A stretch of DNA of 64,000 nucleotides. Origin: an uncultured bacterium (GTDB lineage: Bacteria; Patescibacteriota; Patescibacteriia; SG8-24; DYFX01). Below, piece by piece: positions 28,248 through 37,714 of the stretch. How positions within the stretch are numbered: the first letter of the stretch is position 1; the number at the start of each line of letters is the position of its first letter. Location: positions 73,655 through 137,654 of the forward strand of contig CALCDZ010000002.1 of assembly GCA_937900255.1 (NCBI GenBank), given 5' to 3'. The notes under the pieces were generated by a model, which did no database searches, had not been told where the DNA came from, and saw only the letters and a list, made by a program, of their open reading frames with translations. The position numbers and the translations under genes are program-made.

Positions 28248-29060
28248 ATGCGTATCGCGACCTATAATCTCTGGAACTCAGCTGATGATTGGGAGAGGCG
28301 CCTTGACGCCATCGTAGATGAGCTGAGGACGCTTAGGGCTGACTTCGTCGCCCTGCAGGAAGTGCCGGTCGAAGCTTCGCCTGGTCAGGCGTTCGCGGCG
28401 TACCTGAAGAAAGAAACGGGCTATTTCCTGGCGCAGTATGCGCCTTATGACATGGTGCCGGATCCAGGCGAGCGGCCAGAGGGGCTTGCCATCCTGAGTC
28501 GTTTTGCTGTCAGCGGCGTCCAGACCAATTGGATGGACGGAATCTCGACTGATAACAGCTATGCCATGCGCGTCCAAGCCGGGGTTTCCGGCGCGAGCTT
28601 GGGCATCACGAACGTTCATCTGGATTGGAAGGACGAAAACCATCGCGCCAAGGCGGTCGTCGACATCGTCGGTCGTCTCGTCGGACCGCTTCCGGCAGAC
28701 GTCGAAATCCTGTGCGGCGATTTCAACGAACATGACGACGGTCCGGTCGCGGCCTATCTCGATGGGCAGCGCGAGGGCCGTTCCCGGGTCATGAGAACTG
28801 GGCATCATTGGGTCGATGCCGTCGCGAGCGCATGCGGCATGGGCATGGCTCCTGCGACGCTCGATTTCGCCGCGCACCCGCGCTGGCAGGGCGCCGAAAG
28901 GCTCGGACGCCCAGTCCGGTTCGATCGAGTGTATTTGCGGGCCATTGACCGCCCGATGCCTAGGGTCATGAAGTCGGGCTTATTCGGGTGCGATCGGCTC
29001 AATCGTTTCGGAATCATCCCAAGCGATCATTACGGCGTATTCGTCGATTTGGATCTTTGA
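28248..29060 (+). CDS. endonuclease/exonuclease/phosphatase (EEP) family protein
   Basis: EEP fold signature (N-terminal ATYNLWN, central VALQEV, C-terminal IPSDHYGVFVDL). Confidence 0.75.
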   Translation: MRIATYNLWNSADDWERRLDAIVDELRTLRADFVALQEVPVEASPGQAFAAYLKKETGYFLAQYAPYDMVPDPGERPEGLAILSRFAVSGVQTNWMDGISTDNSYAMRVQAGVSGASLGITNVHLDWKDENHRAKAVVDIVGRLVGPLPADVEILCGDFNEHDDGPVAAYLDGQREGRSRVMRTGHHWVDAVASACGMGMAPATLDFAAHPRWQGAERLGRPVRFDRVYLRAIDRPMPRVMKSGLFGCDRLNRFGIIPSDHYGVFVDLDL

Positions 29061-29085
29061 GATCCAGTTCCTCCTGACACCCCAT

Positions 29086-29110
29086 TAAAAAAAGACGTCT
29101 TACGACGTCT
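29086..29110 (-). terminator. hairpin terminator for the minus-strand DUF218 gene (overlaps its stop codon)
   Basis: AGACGTC-ttac-GACGTCT; on minus strand followed by TTTTTTT. Confidence 0.45.
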
Positions 29111-29771
29111 TGTACGCGAGGATCCTCGAGATCTCCTCGTACGCGCTGGCTTGGTCTTCGGGCGCCAGGTCGAAGATGCTTCCGAGAAGCCCGTGCCAAT
29201 CGATGCTCGGCCGATCCGGGCGGCTGCTCGGTTCGAAGATGACGGGAGCCGGGGATGCGTCCGGCGGCGAAGAGATCAGGATGTCCAGGTTTCCGAGACC
29301 CAGCTCCTTCTTCACGCCATTGGCGACGGAAAGCGCTCTCGGGGCGTGGAAGCCGCTCGTGACCAGGATCACGCGCGTGAGGCCCTGCTCGACGCACCAG
29401 GGTAGGTTCCCTGCGAGCTCTTCGCGGGTGGTCTGCGAGGTCTCGTCGAGTCGAGCCACGTCCATCAGCCATCTACGAAAGTTGTCTGAGGAGATGCCAA
29501 TGACGGCGGAGATCTTCTCCGCTTCTTGAAGGACGGCCTGGTAGGTGTAGGCCGCCTCCGAGAGGCCGTTCTTCCGGCTGGCCCCGGTCGAGAACAGCAC
29601 GACATCGGCCTGCTCCCGGAAGGCGAGACCGACGCCATAGGTGGCGCGGCCGTTCAGGCTGCCGGGCCCGATCCGTCCGATGACGAGATCATGCCAGCTC
29701 AGGGTCGTGCCGTCCGGCATCTGAAGCGAAGAGTCGACATGGCAACCGAGAATCAGTACGGCGGTCGTCAT
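29100..29771 (-). CDS. DUF218/YdcF (SanA/ElyC)-like protein
   Basis: Conserved LVTSGFHAPRA motif of DUF218 family. Confidence 0.65.
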   Translation of the reverse strand: MTTAVLILGCHVDSSLQMPDGTTLSWHDLVIGRIGPGSLNGRATYGVGLAFREQADVVLFSTGASRKNGLSEAAYTYQAVLQEAEKISAVIGISSDNFRRWLMDVARLDETSQTTREELAGNLPWCVEQGLTRVILVTSGFHAPRALSVANGVKKELGLGNLDILISSPPDASPAPVIFEPSSRPDRPSIDWHGLLGSIFDLAPEDQASAYEEISRILAYKTS

Positions 29772-29852
29772 GATCTGTCCTTTCTGCGGGTTGTTTGGCA
29801 AGGAACGGGCGAACGGATGAGGGTACTCTTTTTCCGGCTTTCCGTCAAGCGT

Positions 29853-31622
29853 TCAGCCGCCGATCTCTTCCTGCAGCCTGAACCACTCCTTTTCGAGGCC
29901 GGAAAGTTCCTCTTCCAATTCGCTTAGGCGCGTCCGTTTGTCCGGCGCATATTCAGTCGGGTTCTCGAAGTACCAGGCCAGGATCTCGCTTTTTTCCCGG
30001 TCCAAGACCTTCATCCGCTCCTCCGTCTTTTGCTGCCGCCGCCGCTTCTCCTTGAGGACCTGGCGATCCTGGCGTTTCTTCTCCGTCTCGTCGGCGCGTC
30101 CGGTCGGCGCGTCGTCTTCCGCGTCGCGCACGTCTTCCTCGACGGACGCGGAAAGGTCGGCCAGGTATTCCTCGTAGGTGCCGGGATATTCCCGCACGTG
30201 CCCGTCTCGCGCTTCGAAGATGCGCGAAGCCACTTTCCGCACGAATGCCTGGCTGTGGCTCACGAAGACGACCGTGCCCCCGTATTCTGAGAGCGCATTC
30301 GCCAACGCTTCGGACGTTTCCGCGTCCAGATGGTTCGTCGGCTCGTCCAGGAGAAGGACGGTATGCTCGGCCAGGAGCAGTCCGGCCAGGCACAGCCGAG
30401 CGCGTTCTCCGCCCGAGAGCACTCCTGTCGGCTTGTCGAGGTCGTCATCCTTGAAGAGGAAGTCTCCGGCCATCTTGAGGAGATCTTCCCTGCGCGCGTC
30501 CGGCAGGGCCGAGCGTTCGAGGTGCCGCATGACCGTATCTTCCGGCTTGAGCGAGGCTTCGACATGCTGGGCGTAGTAGCCGATGTCGGCCTTGTGCCAC
30601 CATTTGAGCTTTCCGGCAAGCGCGGGAAGGGTTCCCGCCAGCGTGCGCAGCAAAGTGGTCTTGCCCATGCCGTTGCCTCCCAGGAGGGCCGCCCGATCGC
30701 CCCGCAGGAGATCGAAGCCGACGTCCGTAAGCACGGCGCGATCGGCATAGCCGACCGCCAGGTTTTCGACGCGCAGCGCCAGCCCGGGCGGCACGTGCGG
30801 CATCGGGATCCTGATCCTGGCCGTCGGCAACAGGCTCTCGACGTCGATTTGGACGATCTTGGAAAGCTGCTTGATGCGGGACTGCACCTGCTTGGCCTTG
30901 CTGGACTTGTAGCGGAAGCGGTCGACGAACTCCTGGATGTGCCCGCGTTCCCGTTGCAGTTTCTTGTTGGTCCGCAGGACGTGCGCCCGCGCTTCCGCTT
31001 TGCGCGCCAGGTACGCGTCGACGGGTCCGGCGTAGGACGCCAGGCGCCCGCGCTCGATCTCGACGGTGCGGTCCGCCACGGCGTTCAGGAAGCTGCGGTC
31101 ATGCGAGGTGACGATGAAGGCGCCCCGATATTTCTTGAGGAAGCGTTCAAGCAGGAGCAGGGTCGGCAAGTCCAGATAGTTGACGGGTTCGTCGAGCACC
31201 AGCAGGTTCGGATCCTGAAGCAACATGGCTACGAGACGCAGCCGCATCTGGAATCCGCCCGAGAGGGAAGCGGCCGTCGTTTCCAAGTGCCGCTTCCGAA
31301 GGCCGAACTGCGCGGACATCTTCGCGCAAGCCCAGCTCTCCCGTCCGCTCTTGCGCATCAGGAATCCCATGCCGGTCTCGGCGTCCGGAATCGTCTCGTG
31401 CTGGGCGACGGCCCCGATCCGCAGCGAGGAGAAGCGGCGGACGTCGCCGGTGTCGGCCTCGTCTTCGCCCAAGACGATCCGGATGAGCGTCGACTTCCCA
31501 GCCCCGTTGCGGCCGATGAGCGCGATCTTCTGCCCCTCCGCCACGGCCAAAGACACGCCGTCGAGGATGACGGCGCGGCCGAAGGATTTCCTGATGGCGG
31601 AGAGTTCGAGCAGGGTATGCAT
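29853..31622 (-). CDS. ABC-F family ATPase (Uup/EttA-like, two ABC domains + C-terminal coiled-coil)
   Basis: Two Walker A (GRNGAGKST; GGNGMGKTT), two ABC signature motifs (LSGGFQMR; LSGGERAR), no TM domains, charged C-terminal helix. Confidence 0.85.
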   Translation of the reverse strand: MHTLLELSAIRKSFGRAVILDGVSLAVAEGQKIALIGRNGAGKSTLIRIVLGEDEADTGDVRRFSSLRIGAVAQHETIPDAETGMGFLMRKSGRESWACAKMSAQFGLRKRHLETTAASLSGGFQMRLRLVAMLLQDPNLLVLDEPVNYLDLPTLLLLERFLKKYRGAFIVTSHDRSFLNAVADRTVEIERGRLASYAGPVDAYLARKAEARAHVLRTNKKLQRERGHIQEFVDRFRYKSSKAKQVQSRIKQLSKIVQIDVESLLPTARIRIPMPHVPPGLALRVENLAVGYADRAVLTDVGFDLLRGDRAALLGGNGMGKTTLLRTLAGTLPALAGKLKWWHKADIGYYAQHVEASLKPEDTVMRHLERSALPDARREDLLKMAGDFLFKDDDLDKPTGVLSGGERARLCLAGLLLAEHTVLLLDEPTNHLDAETSEALANALSEYGGTVVFVSHSQAFVRKVASRIFEARDGHVREYPGTYEEYLADLSASVEEDVRDAEDDAPTGRADETEKKRQDRQVLKEKRRRQQKTEERMKVLDREKSEILAWYFENPTEYAPDKRTRLSELEEELSGLEKEWFRLQEEIGG

Positions 31623-31799
31623 GCTGAATCAAGCTACCGCCTTTCTACACGCGCAGCAAGCGGACTTCTCCGCATGTGAAACAGCGCTCCTCGTGCGCAC
31701 CGGTACCGGTCCTCTGGCCACCGTCGCCTGAAGGCATTATGCTGTACGCGCCGCGTCGGCGGGGCGCAGAGCGCGTTATCCACAAGACAAGACTCGAAA

Positions 31800-31848
31800 C
31801 CACTATGAGTAGTGGTATAGTGATGCCGCATGACACAAGATGTTGTGA
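31800..31848 (+). promoter_or_regulatory. two NrdR-box-like 16-bp palindromes upstream of nrdB
   Basis: CCACTATGAGTAGTGG and ACACAAGATGTTGTGA, centres ~33 bp apart, matching the NrdR-box consensus acaCwAtATaTwGtgt at ~12-13/16 positions. Confidence 0.4.
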
Positions 31849-31888
31849 AATGCGGTCCCTGCCGCTCAGGAGGAAATAGATTTGATTT

Positions 31889-32842
31889 ATGGCCACGCCA
31901 CGCATCTTGACCCCGAGGAAGTTTTACCGCCCGTTCGAGTACCCGCATTTCTTCGAATATTTCCAGAAGCAGAACCAGGCGCATTGGATGCCCACCGAAG
32001 TCCCGATGGAGGCCGACATCGCCGACTACCGCTTCCGCCTCTCGGAGCAGGAGAAGAACCTCATCATCCAGATCCTGCGCTTCTTCACCCAGGGCGACAT
32101 CGAAGTCAACAACAACTACAACACGCGGCTCATCCCGGCCATCCCGAAGCCGGAGATCCGCATGATGCTCTCGGCTTTCGCGGCGATGGAATCGGTACAT
32201 GTCTGGGCTTACGCCTACCTGAACGATTCGCTCGGCCTGCCGGAGAAGGAGTACTCGGCCTTCCTCGATTACGAGTCGATGCGCAACAAGTACCAGTACC
32301 TCCAGAACTTCGAGACCGACAATCTCGAGAACCTCGCGCTCAACATGGCGGTCTTCGGAGCCTTCATGGAGGGCGTCAGCCTGTTCTCGAGCTTCGCCAT
32401 CCTGATGAACTTCCCGCGGATGGGCAAGCTGAAAGGCGTCGGACAGATCGTCACCTGGAGCATCCGCGACGAGAGCCTGCACAGCCGCGGCGTCTGCCAC
32501 CTCTTCCGCGACCTGATCGCCGAGAATCAGCACATCTGGACGGAAGCGTTTCAGGCGAAGCTGTACCAGGCCTGCGAAGACATGGTCGGCCTCGAAGACC
32601 GTTTCATTGACACTTGCTTCTCGATGGGTGACGTCCCGGGGCTCACTGCCGACCAGGTCAAGGCCTACATCCGCTATACGGCCGACAGGAAGCTGCAGGA
32701 GATCGGTCTTGAGCCGAGATATCGGACGGCCAATCCGTTGCTTTGGCTCGATACGATGGTCAACGCCAAGGAACACGCCAACTTCTTCGAGAGCCGTGCC
32801 ACCGAATACTCCAAGGGGTCCGTGGTCGAAGACTGGGCGTAA
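31889..32842 (+). CDS. nrdB: class I ribonucleotide reductase beta subunit (R2)
   Basis: Di-iron ligand motifs (ExxH: AAMESVH; IRDESLH), radical tyrosine region AYAYL. Confidence 0.85.
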   Translation: MATPRILTPRKFYRPFEYPHFFEYFQKQNQAHWMPTEVPMEADIADYRFRLSEQEKNLIIQILRFFTQGDIEVNNNYNTRLIPAIPKPEIRMMLSAFAAMESVHVWAYAYLNDSLGLPEKEYSAFLDYESMRNKYQYLQNFETDNLENLALNMAVFGAFMEGVSLFSSFAILMNFPRMGKLKGVGQIVTWSIRDESLHSRGVCHLFRDLIAENQHIWTEAFQAKLYQACEDMVGLEDRFIDTCFSMGDVPGLTADQVKAYIRYTADRKLQEIGLEPRYRTANPLLWLDTMVNAKEHANFFESRATEYSKGSVVEDWA

Positions 32843-32871
32843 GATGCGGGACGACACCTTACGAAATAATC

Positions 32872-34797
32872 ATGACCCGTATGGGCAGCTACGCCTCCGT
32901 CATCGACGCGCTTTCGAATAACGACCTCCTGGGCGCGCGCGACTTGCTCTTGGAAGAGATCCTGGCGAAGACGGCGGGCAAGCAGAGCTGGGATTGCCCG
33001 CACTACGTGACGGACGTCGAGGTCCAGAAGAGCATCGCGCTCGTTCCGGAGCGCAACCGGTTGATTTCCTATTTCGGTCTCGAAAACCTCCGCGACCGCT
33101 ATCTTCTCCGCGACGCCAGCGGACAGATCTGCGAGGACCCGCAGTCGTTCTTCGCGCGCGTCGCCACCGGCATGGCGCGCGGCGACCGCGAGCTGGCGCA
33201 GCAGCTCTACACCTACATGAGCAAGCAGTGGTTCATCCCCGGAACCCCGGTCTTGATGAACATCGGCACCAATAAGGGGCTGCCGATCTCCTGCTTCCTG
33301 AACACCGTCCCTGACACCCTGGAAGGCATCTTCGACATCTACCGCGAGAACGCCTTCCTCGCGAAATACGGCGGCGGCATCGGCACCGACTGGTCGCAGT
33401 TGCGCGGCCAGAACTCTCCCTTGCAGAGCAGCGGCCTGCGTTCTTCCGGCGTCATCCCGTTCCTCAAGATCATGGACTCCGAGACGATCGCCGTCTCCCG
33501 CAACAGCACGCGCCGCGGCGCCGCGGCCGCCTACCTGCGCATCGATCATCCGGACATCGAGGACTTCATGGAGACCCGCAAGCCCACCGGCGGCGACATG
33601 GACCGCAAGTGCCTCAATATCAACAACGGCGTGGTCATCACCGACGAGTTCATGAAAGCCGTCGAGGAGAACCGCACCTATCAGCTGATCGACCCGCACT
33701 ACAAGACCGTCGTCAGGGAACTTTCGGCGGTCGACGTCTGGCGCAAACTGCTCAAGATCCGCGCCGAGACGGGGGAGCCGTATCTCCTGTTCATCGACAC
33801 CGTCAACAAGGCCGTCCCGCCGCATCATCGCGAGAAGGGCTTGTTCGTGCGTCAGAGCAACCTGTGCACCGAAATCGTCCTTCCTACGAACGATGAACGC
33901 ACCGCCGTCTGCTGCCTTGGCAACCTGAACATCGAGCGCTATGACGACTGGAAGGACGAGATCGACGCGTTGACCTACGCCTGCGTCAAGGCGCTCGACA
34001 ACAACCTCGATACCTTCTGCGAACAGGCCCACCCGGTCGAGTTCCGGAAGGCCATCAATTCGGTCAAGCACGAGCGTTCGATCGGCCTGGGCGTCATGGG
34101 GTACCACAGCTATCTCATGGCCAAGATGTATCCGATGGAGAGCTTGCCGGCCCGCCAGTTCAACAAGGCGCTCTTCAAGCGCATCCACGACAGCGCGGAC
34201 GCCGCTTCGACGCGGCTGGGACAGGAGCGCGGGCTTCCCCTCGACGGCGGGACGAGGCGCAACAGCTACGTGACGTCCATCCAACCGACCGCTTCGACCG
34301 CCTTCATCTGCGGCGAGGCGACGCCTTGCATCGAACCGATCTCCGGCAACGCCTACCTGCAGAAGACGCTCTCGGGCAGCTTCCTCGTGAAGAACAAATA
34401 CCTTGAACAGCTTTTCGAAAAGAAAGGAATCAACACCACCGAGACCTGGAAGAAGGTCATCGCCGCCAAGGGCAGCGTCCAGCACCTGGAGGAACTGACC
34501 GAAGAGGAGAAAGCCGTCTTCCGTACCGGATACGAGATGAACATGCGAGAGATCGTCCAGCAGGCCGCCGACCGCCAGCCGTACATCGACCAGTCGCAGT
34601 CGGTCAACCTGTTCTTCTCCACGCCGCTCAGCGGCAAGTACCTGCATGACGTGCATTTCATGGCCTGGAAAGCCGGCATGAAGAGCCTCTACTACCTGCG
34701 CTCGGCCGCCCCGATCGAGGCTGACGCCATCGACGGTGCGCAGGCCAAGGTCCAGCAGCGCGACTTCGCCAATGAGGAGTGCGCGGTCTGCCAATGA
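32872..34797 (+). CDS. nrdA: class I ribonucleotide reductase alpha subunit (R1) lacking N-terminal ATP-cone
   Basis: Catalytic cysteines (SNLCTEI, CLGNLN), C-terminal CxxC pair; 641 aa, no VxKRDG ATP-cone. Confidence 0.85.
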   Translation: MTRMGSYASVIDALSNNDLLGARDLLLEEILAKTAGKQSWDCPHYVTDVEVQKSIALVPERNRLISYFGLENLRDRYLLRDASGQICEDPQSFFARVATGMARGDRELAQQLYTYMSKQWFIPGTPVLMNIGTNKGLPISCFLNTVPDTLEGIFDIYRENAFLAKYGGGIGTDWSQLRGQNSPLQSSGLRSSGVIPFLKIMDSETIAVSRNSTRRGAAAAYLRIDHPDIEDFMETRKPTGGDMDRKCLNINNGVVITDEFMKAVEENRTYQLIDPHYKTVVRELSAVDVWRKLLKIRAETGEPYLLFIDTVNKAVPPHHREKGLFVRQSNLCTEIVLPTNDERTAVCCLGNLNIERYDDWKDEIDALTYACVKALDNNLDTFCEQAHPVEFRKAINSVKHERSIGLGVMGYHSYLMAKMYPMESLPARQFNKALFKRIHDSADAASTRLGQERGLPLDGGTRRNSYVTSIQPTASTAFICGEATPCIEPISGNAYLQKTLSGSFLVKNKYLEQLFEKKGINTTETWKKVIAAKGSVQHLEELTEEEKAVFRTGYEMNMREIVQQAADRQPYIDQSQSVNLFFSTPLSGKYLHDVHFMAWKAGMKSLYYLRSAAPIEADAIDGAQAKVQQRDFANEECAVCQ

Positions 34798-34816
34798 AGG
34801 AACGCGCTCCGGCATC

Positions 34817-35380
34817 ATGCCGGGGCGTTTTTCGGTTACCGTACCGTTCGTCGCTGAGCTGCGCGTGCATCCGCGCGCCGTCCGCCCCGGCATACGGGTG
34901 CATCCGGGCGGACGGGTCGTCGTGACCGCGCCTCCCGGAACGGCGTGGTCTTCGGTCCAGGATTTCATGTCGCGGTATCGCGTCTGGGTGGAGCGGGCGC
35001 GTGAAAGGTTGTCGTCCCTTCCTCCGGAACGCGGACGGGCGGAAGCCCGGAGGGATTTCGCTCTCCATAAGGAGTCGGCCCGGCGTCTGGCGTACGCCAA
35101 AATCGGGCGATTCGCGCCACTTTACGGCGTCTCGGTCAGCGCCGTCTCCATCCGCGACCAGAAGACGCGCTGGGGGAGCTGCTCGCGCGGCGGCCGGCTG
35201 TCTTTCAATTACCGCATCGCGCTTTTGCCGGAGCCGCTGGCCGACTACGTCGTGGTCCATGAGCTTTGCCATCTTCTCGCGTTCGATCATTCCCCGAGGT
35301 TCTGGGCGCTCGTGGCGCGTACCGTGCCCGAGTACAAGCGTCTCAGAGGCGATCTCCGACGCCATCGCCTCGGCGGTTGA
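34817..35380 (+). CDS. YgjP-like (DUF45) zinc-dependent hydrolase, HExxH
   Basis: VVHELCHLLAFDHSPRFW motif characteristic of YgjP/UTP pyrophosphatase family. Confidence 0.65.
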   Translation: MPGRFSVTVPFVAELRVHPRAVRPGIRVHPGGRVVVTAPPGTAWSSVQDFMSRYRVWVERARERLSSLPPERGRAEARRDFALHKESARRLAYAKIGRFAPLYGVSVSAVSIRDQKTRWGSCSRGGRLSFNYRIALLPEPLADYVVVHELCHLLAFDHSPRFWALVARTVPEYKRLRGDLRRHRLGG

Positions 35381-35440
35381 CGTCCTGGGACTGTGAAGCC
35401 GGACACGGGCATGATATGATGAAGCCACTAACCGCCTACA

Positions 35441-36412
35441 ATGAAAAACATCCTCGAATATCTGCGGACGCAGCCTAAGAAAGTCGGCATCGCCGTCCTG
35501 CTTCTCCTGTGCCTCGGAGCGGCAGCCTGGAAGATCTCCGATGTCAGGAAATCCGATGCCAGTCAGCTTGGCGTCAGCAAGTCGATGGCGAACATCGGCA
35601 CTGAGTCGGTCGCGCCCGGTTACATCGGACGCGTGGGGGCCCCGGCCCAGGTGCCCGTCGATTACGTCGGTACGCTGCCCGTACCTTCGCCTCAGACGGC
35701 GGGGAAGACCGCCGCGGATGTCGATCAGAAGATCGTCAAGAACGGTTACTTGCAGCTGGTCGTCGACAAGGTTTCGGTCGCCGCCGAACAGGCCGGACGG
35801 ATCGCCACATCGCGCGGCGGGTTCGTGCAGAGCTCGACCGTGACCGAGCGCGGCGACGGCTCCCACAGCGGGGACGTCAGCGTGCGCGTCCCGGTCGCGA
35901 AGTTCGAAGAGGCGATGTCGGAACTCAAGAAGCTCTCGACGCTCGTGAAGACCGAGACCGCGACGGGCCAGGACGTCACCGAACAGTACACCGACCTGCA
36001 GGCTCAGCTGCGTAACGCGCGGGCCCAGGAAGACACGTATCTGTCCATCCTCAAGCAAGCCAAGACCGTCGCGGATACGCTCCAGGTCCAGCAGCAGATC
36101 GGCGCCATCCGGGGGACGATCGAGTCCTTGGAAGGCCGCATCCAATACCTGGCCAACACCACTTCGCTTTCGACCATCAGCGTTTCTTTGGAGGAGGAAC
36201 CGTTGGTCCGCGCCCCGACCCGAGGTTTCCGCCCATTGGTCATCGTCAAGGAGGCCGTCCAGACGCTGGTCGCCGCGTTCCAAGGCATCTTGGCCGGTCT
36301 CATCTGGATCGTCATCGTTTGGGGCGGCATCCTGATCCTGCCGATCTTGATCATCTGGCTGGTCCTGAAGCTTCGGAAGCGGAATCGCGCGCCCGTGACG
36401 GAAAAGCGGTAG
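35441..36412 (+). CDS. DUF4349-like membrane protein (N-TM, coiled-coil, C-terminal TM)
   Basis: Architecture: N-terminal anchor, central coiled coil (LQAQLRNARAQEDTYLSILKQAK), C-terminal hydrophobic helix. Confidence 0.5.
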   Translation: MKNILEYLRTQPKKVGIAVLLLLCLGAAAWKISDVRKSDASQLGVSKSMANIGTESVAPGYIGRVGAPAQVPVDYVGTLPVPSPQTAGKTAADVDQKIVKNGYLQLVVDKVSVAAEQAGRIATSRGGFVQSSTVTERGDGSHSGDVSVRVPVAKFEEAMSELKKLSTLVKTETATGQDVTEQYTDLQAQLRNARAQEDTYLSILKQAKTVADTLQVQQQIGAIRGTIESLEGRIQYLANTTSLSTISVSLEEEPLVRAPTRGFRPLVIVKEAVQTLVAAFQGILAGLIWIVIVWGGILILPILIIWLVLKLRKRNRAPVTEKR

Positions 36413-36513
36413 CGTCATCCTTCAAAAGAGGGTTTCCGGCGGAACCGGGACCCTCTTTTCCTCTTGAATCTTTACATTTCGCTCGATTTCCGCTACGCTT
36501 CCCGCACCACAAT

Positions 36514-37701
36514 ATGTATCCGACCCTCACCCTTAAAACCGGAAAGGAAGCCAACATCGCCTTCCGTCACCCATGGATCTTTTCCGGGGCGTTCGAGCAC
36601 GTGCCGGAAGATATCGGACACGGCTCGCTCGTCCGGGTGGCGGATAAGCACGGGAAGATCCTGGCGACCGGCACGTTCTCGTCCAAGTCCTCGATCGCCG
36701 TGAGGGCGTTCGCTTTCGGCGAAGCGACGATCGACCGCGAATGGCTGACCAAAGGCATCGCCGAAGCGGGCGAGCGGCGGGCGCTCATGGGCTATGGCCC
36801 CAAGACCGACACGACCGGCTACCGCGTCGTCTTCGGTGAGGCCGATAACCTGCCTGGATTGGTGATCGACCGTTTCGGTGATACGGTCGTCTTCCAGATC
36901 TCGACCGCCGGACTCGACGCCATGCGTGACGACGTCATCGCCGCCATCAAGAAGGTGCTGCGCCCGGAGTGCCTGATCGAGCGCAGTGACATGCCTGTCC
37001 GCGCCGAGGAGGGCCTCAAGGATGTCGTGAAGGTCCATGTCGGAACGGCTGACGAACTCGTTCCGTTCACCGAGCGGGGCGTGAAGTTCCTGGCCGATCC
37101 GGTCAAGGGTCAGAAGACCGGCTTCTTCCTCGATCAAAAAGACGCCCGTGCCGCGCTCGCCGGGTTGGCTGAGGGCAGGAACGTCCTGAATCTCTTCTCC
37201 TACTCGGGCGCCGCTGGCGTCGCCATGATGCTCGGAGGCGCCAGATCCGTGCATAACGTCGACGCGTCGGCTGACGCGCTCGATCTCTGCCGCAAGCACG
37301 CCGAGCTGCATGATCTCTCCGTTAAGAAGTTCACGGTCGAGGAGGCCGACATCTTCCAGTGGCTCGGCGCCGGGCAGGAGAAGAAGTACGACATGGTCGT
37401 GATGGATCCGCCCGCGCTCATCAAGACGATGAAGGAAGCGGAAGAGGGACGCAAGGCCTATCACTTCCTGAACCGCGCCGCCATGCGGCTGGTCGAGGAT
37501 GGAGGCATTTTCGTCACTTCCAGCTGTTCGCACTTCCTGACGGAAGACGATCTGGCCTATACGTTGCGCCGTGCCGCCGTGCAGGCCGGTCTCAAGCTCG
37601 ACGTGATCGCCGCCGTCCGGCAGAGTCCGGACCATCCGTCGTCGGTCTATTTCCCGGAGTCCAGCTATCTCAAGACGTACGTCTTCCAGGTCCGCCGATA
37701 A
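36514..37701 (+). CDS. class I SAM-dependent rRNA methyltransferase (RlmI/RlmK-like, PUA + MTase)
   Basis: N-terminal PUA-like region (AFRHPWIFSGA), SAM-binding region (LNLFSYSGAAGVAMMLGGA), DPPA motif (VVMDPPAL). Confidence 0.75.
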   Translation: MYPTLTLKTGKEANIAFRHPWIFSGAFEHVPEDIGHGSLVRVADKHGKILATGTFSSKSSIAVRAFAFGEATIDREWLTKGIAEAGERRALMGYGPKTDTTGYRVVFGEADNLPGLVIDRFGDTVVFQISTAGLDAMRDDVIAAIKKVLRPECLIERSDMPVRAEEGLKDVVKVHVGTADELVPFTERGVKFLADPVKGQKTGFFLDQKDARAALAGLAEGRNVLNLFSYSGAAGVAMMLGGARSVHNVDASADALDLCRKHAELHDLSVKKFTVEEADIFQWLGAGQEKKYDMVVMDPPALIKTMKEAEEGRKAYHFLNRAAMRLVEDGGIFVTSSCSHFLTEDDLAYTLRRAAVQAGLKLDVIAAVRQSPDHPSSVYFPESSYLKTYVFQVRR

Positions 37702-37714
37702 ACCCCTCCCCCCT

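Noticed and set aside
31640-31790. Possible cobalamin riboswitch upstream of nrdB (GCCACCG resembling the B12 box GCCACTG)
   Set aside because: Only a 6/7 match to the B12 box. None of the other conserved cobalamin-riboswitch elements or pairing partners were recognisable, and class I RNR is B12-independent. The NrdR-box-like palindromes are a better explanation of this leader.
31676-31879. 67-aa (+) and 86-aa (-) ORFs in the nrdB leader
   Set aside because: Both use non-ATG starts (GTG shown as M in the track) and lie over the putative regulatory palindromes. They are more likely an untranslated leader than coding.
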